This document shows positions 49,701-54,889 of a stretch of 64,000 bases of DNA, one piece after another. Position 1 is the first letter of the stretch, and each line of letters opens with the position of its first letter. The DNA is from Bacteroidia bacterium. Its GTDB lineage: Bacteria; Bacteroidota; Bacteroidia; UKL13-3. Below the pieces are notes generated by a model. It did no database searches and was not told the DNA's origin. It saw nothing but the letters and a program-made list of their open reading frames with translations. The position numbers were made by a program, and so were the translations under genes. Location: contig JALONK010000003.1 in the NCBI GenBank assembly GCA_025454975.1, forward strand, positions 838-64,837, written 5' to 3'.

Positions 49701-50063
49701 ACTGAATGTTATTATTCTTGTGGAAGCATTACCTTGACCACCATTAAATGTTATGGTATTGGTTGCACTAACACCTGTTATCCCTGTAATATCCAACTGA
49801 CCGGTGTAGGTACCGGCTGCAACATTAAATAATACAGCGCCTGTAACTCCGGCACCGTTTGGAGTTCCTCCATCCGATCTGGTTCCTAACCGCATATCAC
49901 TTATGGCTGATGCGAAGTCAAGATAATTTGTTGAACTTGGTGCTTGAGAGGAATCAATAGTGTAGGTTCCATTTAAAGCAGCTTTTGCCGAATAAGAAAA
50001 AATTAAGAAAAAGAACAATAAAGAAAATGTGCTTTTTACACAAAAAGTTAGGCGTTTTTTCAT
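31761..50063 (-). CDS. Giant T9SS type A cargo (6,100 aa): 9x(parallel beta-helix + DIGAxE cap + CARDB-like), 9x Ig-like, CTD
   Basis: Uninterrupted 18.3-kb ORF; ATG 50063 gives signal peptide MKKRLTFCVKSTFSLLFFFLIFSYSAKA|A; repeats visible; C-terminal VKVYPNPTNG...IVKRVLK type A CTD. Confidence 0.92.
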   Translation of the reverse strand: MKKRLTFCVKSTFSLLFFFLIFSYSAKAALNGTYTIDSSQAPSSTNYLDFASAISDMRLGTRSDGGTPNGAGVTGAVLFNVAAGTYTGQLDITGITGVSATNTITFNGGQGNASTRIITFSGSTSLATAFTVRINNQQFVRLMNLTIQSGSTGFGWPLHIFNISSNTIVRNCIIRFTTAFTVHNSTNFCGVVMNNSTASPTGAGTSITNVELDSNTILGGFGNYFLGNGSNTGIFIRGNKIDSTFSIGVQVQSIAAAQVNRNTINLLSLGNINGIGINFTNTSTTTSNAHQIISNRIIQAGSIGINISSSTGQATTRSLLVNNSVGGGFRNTVSAVGINFTGNSYNWDVFHNSVNLDLNTTGTQNASLFIGNCCTTGSTLLDIRNNIFAVTGNNSTAWTLFMPNGYNFAVASSAALNFNNYFKAGANTNDPIIWNGGTPLTVGNFINNNNHNANSISRNPGFISSTNLMPFNPCNNGTAIASVTTDINSVSRSTTAPDLGAFEVIPVTNDLGVEVLTAPVLPFSPGLQNIVVTLRNYGSNTITSANVSYIINGATPVTLPFTGSIAPCASTTFTFSAGAQFNFLPNTPYEIKAFSDLPNGLTDGNIFNDTSSVPLIFSGLTGTYTIDQASPAGPTNFVSFTSAAAALNSGGVIGPVLFNVLGTAPYNEQITLRQIAGASATNTITFDGGQGNAASRIITFAATSQAESHTIRLNNSSFVTLRNLTIRGTGTAFAWPIFLFGNNVNNIKIKNCIVDFVGGNGVNATSDNFTGIVASNSSTSLFNSATFSNIEIDSNSITGGNNGIWLYGQNSEDINIRWNTINNANQNGIYAYYTRAFRMNHNTVNMRITGSINSSGIFANFPLSNGAYGKEIIGNQVMHAGQYGLNIYYMQGGTGNLRARVMNNVIGGTFRSTDASGIYLNFFNINVDVWFNSVLMDNISTTQTSAALRIQSNNTGLDVRNNNLAVTNVASTAFAFWSDNTNQYTSLNYNNYYKPNQLRLIQWNGNNLSSANYKGLAGFNVNSVNVYPAYLSNINLRSALRCNHGEWISSVTTDIEGNLRSNPPDIGAYENINAVANDLAVTELIQPSIPLQGGLQNIRVLIRNNGNTAITNASIHYSINGGAVQSTTWTGNLNPCDSAVAEFNATSGAGGTDQRFNFLPGFTYSITIYGSNPNSSTDGNLLNDTITNGPLCVSLNGAYTIDSGGVAGPTTFTTFTSAVQALNCGGISGPVTFNVLQGTYSGQLEFGDIPGISQTNSIVFDGGLGNDSTRIITFAATLNGARHTVLFNNTRFITMQNLTIRGTGATLAWPIHIFGNTNQLVLRNINVQIQGTGFNGTSNNFIGLVASGSQTSPTSTATFNNLLIENCRLSGGFSNVYFSGNGTNNNVIFRNNLLTNADNYGLYVSNIIAPKLNTNTIRMRTVSTTSWGIFLTSVISNATGFTEVNRNRIINAGQFGIQVNSSTATTTRAQLINNSIGGTFRNTAPSGIHFTSSNNWDIYFNSVLLRNNAVGSTTSAAAYFASGTGIDFRNNNLAVTDSLSGVNNLPFRSVSGTTFTPALNFNNYFKAGTPTNLIQVAGINYTPLNYQNFGGLNSISNNSGYTVGEELIPTLTNNNGIQISSVFNDIQDSFRNNPPDIGAYEIGSGFSDDLGIVQLISPDTSLSSGTRDVIALVRNFGSTTINSFNLRHTVNNLNLQDTLLTGINLGPNDTLRIIMSGSKRALIAGGISTTFKVFIHNPNGVPDNNQINDSIIIGPRIPRLNGVYTINSSGTGITNYTSFRAAVQALITAGISGRVTFQVAAGTYNEQVNIPAINGASAVRPIVFDGGTGNASTRIIDTAANTTTNFWTVRIDNSPFIQLRNLTINASGSSNGAAVFISGSSHNAAVKNCNINITTGASSTSTSFIGMLISNSTNITSPTSMSKVDFLEIDSNTFNSGYYNLYAYGTFNTPYSTQHQYRRNRMLNAFLYGSYFYYYEGLTFNNNEIELRTTGSLNGYGLYMINCFNSLSGTSHQILANKITNAGQGGIYITSGGGTTKSLCANNMIGGGFRSTNSYGMFISSVQSFDFFHNSVNVDFTTTSNQFGAFYLSSGSNIDVRNNIFVSAGVGLPVFVQNVPTGAFILNQNIYFRQGSASGNQLLFIQPTTYTQQNFIGGGGYNSVALNINPGFVSNTDLHLTNACAGRTVRLSNVTTDYDGNVRSSLTNYGADEATAFLNDVGVESIAPFSSGSQNVRVVIRNFGSNTLTSATVAYRVNGGLPRIQAWSGSLNPCDTTTVVFTGANQFTFLSGVTYTIEAYTTSPNLQPDPDITNDTAILGPTCVFLSGNYTINPSGSGANNFTSFTNALTALTCGGVSGPVVFNVAAGTYNEQLNIGLINGASAINTITFNGDSASNRIIEFNTTLNTAGFVVKFENTSFVTLRNLTIRSTGSSLGGAVQIANNSNNVYVSNCILDVAGGAPTSTATSFIGALVSGSTNIFSPSTGLINSADIYIDSCIIRSGYYGIYVYGNTSTYTNNIFTRGNRIDSSFFYGAFYQFTDRLVIDRNTVNMRQTGSNNSAGIYLSNCFAQSTNIITITNNQVYHAGQYGFYIWFAYNNASSNRSRLINNVVGGNFRSNQANALLMQYGYYWDVWFNTFVVSQSTNAESNSVASVSNCLQLDIRNNQFIQAASQSSGLPFQAATANQITTLNHNNYFNSAASTLLSIVGTSYNNLNYINGGGFNANSRNVNPAFVSNTSLNLTNACIDGVTIPTVTNDVNGNPRLSPPDIGAYEFTGGINNDIGITFLNSPFIPFSPGSYPINVRLNNFGANNITTAVLKYSINNSAPVTFSYTGNLAPCDTISLTISTTNFTFVSGVSYQIKVWSETPNAQPDGNRNNDTLTVQTCPMLPAGNYTINPSGTGINNFISFTQAAGVINCGGIAGPVVFTVSPGVYTEQVNITNVSGVSAINTITFDGVNPSLVTLQFTPTINTSAHTIRITNTPNVIVRNMTIISNGSNFGNPVHISGTSSNTNITKNIITFGSSAFGSTNLGFIGVLINNENNVQNPMGNGINANNIVIDSNIIIHGYYGICFSGITTSPYANGLVVRANQLDSNTFYGIFINYASGSSTLNNVINMRTGQLNSIGYNLQNAINNTGQRHIVEGNRIIQSGRYGAFISSAQNSTTARGRFVNNMIGGGFQNNASFGVFMQIATFWDVWHNTINLDRATTSNQNAALHISFISSNNDVRNNHLIYSATSGTGLPFYSDQTLTALNYNNYFNASSTSLLFAGSTVYNTSNYINGGGYNANSMNVNPGFINNLNLRAGGCFKGIFIPTVTTDIDGQVRNNPPDIGADEAATLDAGVIGVVSPLQPINAGSQTVAISVRNFGGNVINAITLTYNINGAGNVTQTFTGLTLQPCSTTTLNFTTPFNFPSGRSLISVFTSNPNGGVDNNRANDTLRVSLCGPLNGTYTINASGTGVTNFVSFTEAIDAMRCAGITGPVEFNVAAGTYNEQIQLPSISGASAINTITFNGGAGNASTRILSFNATSTTARHTIRIDSSQFYILNNLTIRTTGVNFGWAIHALSTSRFITVKNCIIDNAGTVAPSSTSTGFAGFVASASNTTVTSSGSFSDFVIDSNQFRNGYYAVSVWGNTTTNDTAILVRFNNMENAFYYGVYMNSIEGFQLNRNVMNLRGAGVSPNSQAISISNSAPYIAQALFEIDGNIITNPGTNGIFLSGVNGNATNPAKLYNNMIGGGFQSSFANGIYLVNSSNWNIYHNSVNLDFATSSTIYSSLYLAGSTANVRVRNNHLAYTATGGQGLAFYSNTTNLATGGLNFNNYFKTGIANNDNLIFVSTFYTPVNYIGGGGYNLNSFNREPGFRSALNLRTIDGCFNGDSLGVLTDIDGQPRGIFGDIGADEVTDANNDIGILTLLEPTLPLIAGLKDIRVIVKNFGTNIIYKGTVNYRVNGGAPVSLVFNDTIAPCDTAIVTFTGTNQFNFLSGVNYTIQVFTTLPNDSVDINNINDTFTTPALCIAMQGTYTINPTGTGATNYTSFQAAISALQCAGVSGPVNFNVAAGTYTEQLVIPAIAGASFTNRITFDGINASTAILTFGATTTNARQTVRFHNAQYVTLRNLTIRNSGATFAWPVHIFNGSRNITLSNNVIEITGIGATANNNNYVNVVVSGSLNSLFTTIRVDSITLDSNQINGGYASVFSYNQQSLANNFNRNTFNQPIYYGLYLYNANELKFRNNTINMSPTGDVNSVGAYLFVLGTSNNSIHEITGNRISNMGQYGIHLFVSSGSFITPSLIANNFIGGGFRNTTQHAGIFSESSSSWNIWFNSIHCDTISNAQFGAFHATGSNNLNVRNNIFAVSNANSNGIPFFAATTGNTSALDYNNYYKNGAQNALVFNGSLFGVNNFIGANGVNLNSFSRDPLFASRTDLHVGNGCNNGITIASITTDIDGQTRTSPPDVGADEVITGFNNNIGVTTILQPTSPLISGIQPISVILANLGNNAVSQANVSYQVNGGTPVTLQVTDTIQPCDTMLVVFNGTNAFNFQTGVAYTIRAYSSLPNGVPDANNIDDTVTVGPICSALSGNYTINPAGSGATNYVSFASAIQALNCGGIADDVTFSVSPGTYTEQINIGTITGANDTNTVSFIGTSLNSTILTFAPNNINAAHTLRLNNASFVRIRNITIQSTGANFGAPVHILGSGNQIHIKQCNIRISGTGATSSNTGYIGVWIGSSTDVNSAFGGTGAFVNNCEIDSNQIFSGYYGVVFNGRSSSTPYSNNNMFRNNNFDSTFYYGLYIQYASGLRVIGNRINMRVVGNTVSAGIYLFACFNNTGVFHQINANQIINAGQYGAYIFISSGSVSATNQFYNNMLGGGFRASNASGLFMQSSTNWNVYHNSVNLDFATTSNQSSAMAFLSSGNSRIANNILAYSAATGSGLPLFSSTVQTVINYNNYNNSASINLLNVNAVNYTNANYINGGGYNANGFNTTTGFTSSRNLFLNASTQKGDPTLGITTDIQGQLRATPPDIGADEYFGLLDVGISSIDSPQTTIFCGGNRNVVVRLRNYGNQVVNSANINVAIDGVFAGSVTWNGNLQPGAVSSQINAGSYSFPGGSYQLAVYSSLPNSGNDTIFSNDTTYRVITTNPTVTPTISLSASQTNICTGQPVTLIASYTGGGTTPVIQWRRNGITLPFNGDTLISSTLANNDSIVVILSSSATCAIPSIVVSNAIKMNVGTTVAPDVNISASANAVCAGNVVTYTATQSNGGSSPQYRWFKNGVLVGGDSASYVNSTPVNNDSVRVVLISSLGCASPATDTSAIHVLTVNPVQVPSVVIQTASTSICANTPLLFVANSINGGTNPIYQWRINSTVVGNNNDSIILSNLNNSDSVSVQLLSNALCAVPQTVVSNKIGVTVRPVVNTSATINTLTPSVCVGTAVSFTSNVTNAGVNATYQWLLNGVSVSSLSTFSSSSLQQGDSIQLRVQTDTLCATPSVLLSNRIIMNVAPITSPSVTISSTADTVCAGTSITFTAVATNAGTTPSYQWLRNGTNVGTNSATFSYTPSTLDTIRVVVTSSSSCSSTPTAVSNNKRILVNPILTPSVSLSSSSDTICAGNLVTITANLQNGGNNPQLEWRRNGSLFGGNNTSQQFTNLTSQDSIWVTLTSNAVCANPAVVSSNRIRVNVRPVLNPSITVTANKSSICSGDSVIFTGTLIQGGNAATYRWKLNGFDVGNNTNTYITNMLHLDDSVWLEVQVNDACATQQNLISNVVKVNVNTTVNPSVNVTASSTSVCSGAQVTFSAQFTGGGLAPTFQWKRNGIDVGFNNDTFITSVLNNGDSVWVVLTSNALCKTRPTATSEKVGVTISNPVTPSVSIFASEGSICSGSSVSYTTATQNGGLTPRYQWLRNGLLLSDTGTTLLVTNLGAGDIIRCVLTSSVGCVTRTRDTATAPLVEVKRNPNKPTITRNIDSLSTSAVANSYQWYRNGTILQGATQRTVRITNNGWYQVMVDSFGCTNISDSFNVTNIGISSIQQFGDVKVYPNPTNGMLNVELDFTSAGATQLTLIDAFGKQVMLISYASGNSVLDQLDLSGLADGMYMLIIQHDNQQIVKRVLKND
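32240..34665 (-). repeat. Nine tandem ~88-90-aa Ig-like repeats
   Basis: Each reads PSV.I......(I/V)C.G..V.F......GG..P.(Y/F)QW..NG...D.(I/V).V.L.S...C; nine copies counted. Confidence 0.92.
34670..49976 (-). repeat. Nine tandem ~1.69-kb (~563-aa) beta-helix/CARDB units
   Basis: (P)DIGA(D/Y/F)E-type motif at ~48560, 46861, 45148, 43444, 41761, 40075, 38382, 36708, 35011 (spacing about 1.67-1.71 kb). Each unit opens with G.YTI...NF.SF..A..AL..G..G.V.F.V..GTY.EQ. Confidence 0.95.
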
Positions 50064-50248
50064 ACGGTACTCATTAATATTTAAAAATAAAATCACCACA
50101 TACCCGCAGCACAACAAGGATTCATAAGGTTTTATTGTGTCTAAAAAGGCAAACTCGAAATTTCAATAAAAATCTAACCTAATTAATTTTAAATTAAAAA
50201 GCAAGTGGATTTTAATTTAACTAGCTGAATAAAATCATCATAAATTAA

Positions 50249-50269
50249 ATAGTTGATATAGTCAACTAT
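50249..50269. promoter_or_regulatory. Palindromic operator, probable MarR binding site
   Basis: Perfect ATAGTTGA-N5-TCAACTAT inverted repeat ending 28 bp upstream of the marR start. Confidence 0.75.
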
Positions 50270-50282
50270 ATTAATATTAGAA

Positions 50283-50290
50283 TAATTTTG
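50283..50290 (+). promoter_or_regulatory. Bacteroidota primary-sigma -7 promoter element
   Basis: TAATTTTG matches TAnnTTTG, 7 bp before the marR ATG. No correctly spaced -33 TTTG seen. Confidence 0.6.
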
Positions 50291-50297
50291 CATCGAT

Positions 50298-50753
50298 ATG
50301 TCGAAGCTAAATCAGAACTACACAGCGTTACAAAATGAAGACGAACCCTTCTCTATAACTATCAGAAAATTGGTAAAAAAATATGATGAAAAGGTTAGTT
50401 TAGAATTAAGCAACTTACCTATAAATAAGTATTTTTATGTGTTGTTTTTAATTAGTAACCGTGAGCTAATCTCGCAACAATGTATTGCCGACTGTCTTCA
50501 AATTGATAAAGCGGCAATTAAAAGGATTGTTGACTATCTATGTAAATCGAAGCAAGTGGTTAGAAGAAAACATCCTGATGATAAAAGAATGTATTTATTA
50601 TCACCAACAACTCAAGGTAAATTATCAGCTAAAAAAATCCATCAATCATATAAAAATTTGAATAACGTATTGTTTAAGAATGTTTCTAGTAAAGAAAAAG
50701 AGATGCTGGAAAAGGTATTACAAAAGATGGAATTAAACTTAAATGCACTATAA
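50298..50753 (+). CDS. MarR family transcriptional regulator
   Basis: 151 aa; SQQCIADCLQIDKAAIKRIVDYL HTH and HPDDKR wing motif. Confidence 0.93.
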   Translation: MSKLNQNYTALQNEDEPFSITIRKLVKKYDEKVSLELSNLPINKYFYVLFLISNRELISQQCIADCLQIDKAAIKRIVDYLCKSKQVVRRKHPDDKRMYLLSPTTQGKLSAKKIHQSYKNLNNVLFKNVSSKEKEMLEKVLQKMELNLNAL

Positions 50754-50764
50754 TCAGCTTAATA

Positions 50765-51817
50765 ATGAATAATAAAAAGAGAACAATTTTAATTTATATA
50801 CTGTTAGGTTCCGGCCTTATTGCTCTGCTATACCCAAAGTTCTTCGATAAAAAAAATGAACCTGTCAAATCAAATTCAACAATTAAGAAAACAGAAGTAA
50901 AAACATTAATTGTTAAGGAGAGTTTAACAAATTTTGACATAAGCAGCACAGGTGTTTTACAAGCCAATGAAGAGGTAACTATCTATCCCGAATTACAAGG
51001 TAAAGTTGTAATAATAGGTTTTCGTGAAGGACAATATGTAAATAAAGGAGATTTACTAATAAAGTTAAACGACAAAGAACTAATGGCCCAAATTAAAAAA
51101 GCGGAGGCCATACTTGCATTAAAAAATCAAAATGAAACACGTAACAAGATTTTATTAGAAAAAGGGGCAATAAGTAATGAACTTTACGACTTATCTTGGT
51201 CAGAGAAACAAACTGCTGAAGCCGAGTTAGAACTTTTGAAAGAACAACTCAGTAAAACCGAAATCAGGGCTCCATTTCCAGGGAAAATCGGATTAAGAAA
51301 AATTAGTACAGGTAGTATTATTAATCCCACTACAGAAGTAACAAACTTACAGCAAATAAATCTGCTTAAACTTGAATTTACCGTTAACGAAGCAGAAGCA
51401 TATCAACTAAAAACTGGGATGCAAATTTCATTTACTACAGCTAATGGCAAAAAAAATATTGCAAACATTTATGCTATTGATCCAAAAGTTGATCAAACTA
51501 CAGGTACAGTAACTATTAAGGCTTATGTTACCAATCAAGATGGAAATTTACTTCCTGGTTCGTATGCACAAATTAATATAAATGTTGAACAAAACAGACC
51601 TGTTGTATTGTTACCAACGCAGGCAATTATTCCAATCTTAAAAGGACAAAAAGTATATGTAGTGCAAGGCGATTCTGTGATAGATAGGAAAATCCAAACA
51701 GGCAAAAGAAAAGATGCAGTAATTGAAGTAGTGAATGGTTTGGTAAATGGAGATGAAGTGGTTATAGAAGGTGTACTGTATTTAAGAGCCGGAAGTAAAA
51801 TAACTAAAAGGAAATAA
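50765..51817 (+). CDS. RND efflux periplasmic adaptor (MFP)
   Basis: N-terminal TM; GQYVNKGDLL lipoyl half-motif; IRAPFPGKIG; LLPGSY. Confidence 0.95.
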   Translation: MNNKKRTILIYILLGSGLIALLYPKFFDKKNEPVKSNSTIKKTEVKTLIVKESLTNFDISSTGVLQANEEVTIYPELQGKVVIIGFREGQYVNKGDLLIKLNDKELMAQIKKAEAILALKNQNETRNKILLEKGAISNELYDLSWSEKQTAEAELELLKEQLSKTEIRAPFPGKIGLRKISTGSIINPTTEVTNLQQINLLKLEFTVNEAEAYQLKTGMQISFTTANGKKNIANIYAIDPKVDQTTGTVTIKAYVTNQDGNLLPGSYAQININVEQNRPVVLLPTQAIIPILKGQKVYVVQGDSVIDRKIQTGKRKDAVIEVVNGLVNGDEVVIEGVLYLRAGSKITKRK

Positions 51818-51820
51818 CAG

Positions 51821-54800
51821 ATGAATTTAAGTACACTTAGTATCAACAGACCTGTACTGGCCACAGTTTTTTCTATTGTTATTTTATTATTTGGCGGTAT
51901 TGCCTACAGTTATTTGGGGGTAAGAGAGTATCCATCAATTGACCCACCGGTAATAACCGTACGTACAAACTATACCGGGGCTAATCCTGAAATTATAGAA
52001 TCACAGATTACTGAACCACTTGAAAAAGCAATAAATGGCATTGCAGGTATTCGCTCTATTTCATCAGCCAGCAACCAAGGAAGTAGCGTTATTACCGTTG
52101 AATTTGATTTAAGTGTTGAACTAGAAGCTGCAGCAAATGATGTACGTGATAAAGTTTCACAAGCTGTTCGACAATTACCTCAAGATATTGACGGACCTCC
52201 GGTTGTATCTAAAGCTGATGCAAACTCAGATGCAATTTTAACCCTTACCGTTCAAAGCAAATCACGCACCCACTTAGAAATAAATGATTATGCAGAAAAC
52301 GTATTGGTTGAAAAATTTCAAACAATACCGGGTGTAAGTACAATTCAAATTTGGGGGCAAAAAAGATATGCCATGAGAATATGGTTGGACCCAAATAAAC
52401 TCAAAGCCTTTGAATTAACTGCTCTAGATGTTCAATCTGCATTAAATCGAGAAAGTATAGAATTACCCGCAGGAAAAATTGAGGGTAATACCACTGAGTT
52501 ATCAGTAAAAACAACAGGAAGGTATAGTAGTGAAAAAGAATTTAATGAAATGATTATTGGTGGTTCCAATAATAAAATAGTGCGATTAAAGGATATTGGC
52601 TATGCTATTTTAGGGGCAGAAAATGAACAAACTGTTTTAAAACAGAATATGGTTCCGATGATTGGATTAGCTTTAATTCCTCAACCCGGGGCTAATTATA
52701 TTGAAATAGCTGACGAATTTTATAAAAGGTATGAGCAGTTAAAATCAAATGTCCCAGAAGATATCATACTTAATGTAGCGTTAGATAATACGACATTTAT
52801 ACGTAAGTCAATTACCGAAGTTAAAGAAACACTGATCATAGCATTCCTGTTGGTTGTGGTTATCATCTTTTTGTTCTTCCGAGACTGGCTCATCGCTTTC
52901 CGTCCATTAATTGATATTCCAATTTCATTAATAGGTGCATTTTTTATTATGTATGTTTTTGGTTTCTCCATTAATATCTTAACCTTATTAGCTATAGTTT
53001 TAGCTACCGGATTGGTGGTTGATGACGGCATTGTGGTGACTGAAAATATTTTTAAAAAAATGGAGGATGGTTTATCACCAAAAGACGCAGCTATTAAAGG
53101 TTCTAATGAAATATATTTTGCAGTTATATCCACTTCCTTAACCTTGGCAGTTGTTTTTCTTCCTATCATTTTTCTGGAAGGTTTTGTTGGCCGATTGTTT
53201 AGAGAATTTGGAGTGGTGGTAGCAGGTGCTGTTTTAATTTCTGCATTTGTATCATTAACTCTAACACCTGTATTGAATGTAAAACTTCAACGTAGAAATA
53301 AAAAATACTCCTCATTTTATACATTCACTGAACCTTTTTTCGTAGGCTTAAACTTAGCCTATCAACGCAGCTTAGAAAGATTTATGAGTCGCAAATGGGT
53401 GAGCTTAGTGGTTGTTGGCGTCGCTATTTTACTAATCATATTTATAGGTAAAAATATCCCATCTGAATTAGCTCCTTTAGAAGATAGAAGTGTAATGAGA
53501 ATTGCTTCAACTGCACCTGAAGGTGCTTCTTATGAGTATATGGAATGGTATATGGATCGTGTTGCACAACTTGTAATTGATTCAACACCTGAAAGAAGAA
53601 CCATGCTTTCTGTTGTAGCTCCGGGTTTTATTGGCAGTGGTGCAGTAAATACAGGGTTCACAAGAATATTCTTAACTGAACCACATGAACGCAAACGCTC
53701 TCAACAACAAATTGCACAACATATTCAGCAACAATTAGGTGCATATACTGAATCTAAATCATTTGTTATTCAAGACCAAACCATAAGCGGTAGCGGAGGT
53801 CCAAGAGCCGGGTTACCTGTTCAGTATATTTTGCAAAATCAAGATTTTAACAAACTACAAGAATACCTACCGAAATTTATTGAAGAGGTAAATAAAAACG
53901 CAACCTTTCAAGGCGTAGATGTAAACCTTAAATTTAATCGTCCTGAATTAGCACTTATTATTAATCGAGACAAAGCCAGAACTCTTGGTGTAAGTGTTGC
54001 TCAAATTGCTCAAACCATTCAGTTTGCAATCGGAGGAATTCGTTATGGCTACTTTACGATGAAGGGTAAGCAATATCAGGTAATTGGACAGGTAAATCGT
54101 GAAAGCAGAGATGAAACAAAAGACTTAGATAATTTATATGTAAAAAACAACCAAAATAAATTAATCAAATTAAGTGCCGTGGTTGCTATTGTAGAGCAAA
54201 GTTCACCACCTCAATTATATCACTATAACCGTTATAAATCAGCAACTGTAAGCGCAGGACTTGCACCCGGAAAAACCATAGGTGATGGGATTGAAGCTAT
54301 GAATAAAATTAAAGAAAAAGTTTTAGACGAATCATTTAGCACCGACCTAGGCGGACCATCCAGAGATTTTGCCGAAAGTTCATCAAATACATTGTTTGCA
54401 TTTCTATTTGCTCTTACTTTAGTTTATTTATTGCTTGCAGCGCAATTTGAAAGTTTTATTGACCCAGTGATTATAATGATTACTGTTCCATTAGCATTGG
54501 CAGGTGCCCTATTATCCCTTTGGTATTGTGATCAAACCTTAAACATCTTTAGCCAAATCGGAATAATAGTTTTATTAGGATTAGTAACTAAAAATGGAAT
54601 TCTAATTGTAGAATTCGCTAATCATCAAATCAACCAAAGCATGCCAAAACAACAAGCAGTAATTACAGCGGCAGTATCCAGGTTACGTCCAATATTAATG
54701 ACTAGTTTAGCAACAATTTTAGGAGCTCTTCCAATCGCTTTAGCATTAGGTGATGCAGCTTCAAGTAGAATGTCGCTAGGTACTGTAATTATTGGAGGAT

Positions 54801-54889
54801 TATTTTTCTCGGGATGGCTAACCCTTTATGTAATTCCGGCCATTTATATCTATGTATCAAGAAGAAAATCATCTACTATTCATGAATAA
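51821..54889 (+). CDS. RND (HAE1/AcrB-type) efflux permease
   Basis: 1,022 aa; GLVVDDGIVV (proton-relay Asp pair), GLVTKNGIL (Lys), RLRPILMTS. Confidence 0.97.
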   Translation: MNLSTLSINRPVLATVFSIVILLFGGIAYSYLGVREYPSIDPPVITVRTNYTGANPEIIESQITEPLEKAINGIAGIRSISSASNQGSSVITVEFDLSVELEAAANDVRDKVSQAVRQLPQDIDGPPVVSKADANSDAILTLTVQSKSRTHLEINDYAENVLVEKFQTIPGVSTIQIWGQKRYAMRIWLDPNKLKAFELTALDVQSALNRESIELPAGKIEGNTTELSVKTTGRYSSEKEFNEMIIGGSNNKIVRLKDIGYAILGAENEQTVLKQNMVPMIGLALIPQPGANYIEIADEFYKRYEQLKSNVPEDIILNVALDNTTFIRKSITEVKETLIIAFLLVVVIIFLFFRDWLIAFRPLIDIPISLIGAFFIMYVFGFSINILTLLAIVLATGLVVDDGIVVTENIFKKMEDGLSPKDAAIKGSNEIYFAVISTSLTLAVVFLPIIFLEGFVGRLFREFGVVVAGAVLISAFVSLTLTPVLNVKLQRRNKKYSSFYTFTEPFFVGLNLAYQRSLERFMSRKWVSLVVVGVAILLIIFIGKNIPSELAPLEDRSVMRIASTAPEGASYEYMEWYMDRVAQLVIDSTPERRTMLSVVAPGFIGSGAVNTGFTRIFLTEPHERKRSQQQIAQHIQQQLGAYTESKSFVIQDQTISGSGGPRAGLPVQYILQNQDFNKLQEYLPKFIEEVNKNATFQGVDVNLKFNRPELALIINRDKARTLGVSVAQIAQTIQFAIGGIRYGYFTMKGKQYQVIGQVNRESRDETKDLDNLYVKNNQNKLIKLSAVVAIVEQSSPPQLYHYNRYKSATVSAGLAPGKTIGDGIEAMNKIKEKVLDESFSTDLGGPSRDFAESSSNTLFAFLFALTLVYLLLAAQFESFIDPVIIMITVPLALAGALLSLWYCDQTLNIFSQIGIIVLLGLVTKNGILIVEFANHQINQSMPKQQAVITAAVSRLRPILMTSLATILGALPIALALGDAASSRMSLGTVIIGGLFFSGWLTLYVIPAIYIYVSRRKSSTIHE

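Noticed and set aside
34670-49976. Repeats as CRISPR, VNTR or assembly artefact
   Set aside because: Units are 1.7 kb, in frame and strongly diverged in sequence, as expected for old domain duplication.
31761-50063. Calling the 6,100-aa protein SprB or a T1SS RTX adhesin
   Set aside because: It has no SprB-type repeats, no type B CTD and no GGxGxD RTX repeats. It has a Sec signal and type A CTD, and the neighbouring TolC belongs to an RND operon rather than an ABC-type T1SS.
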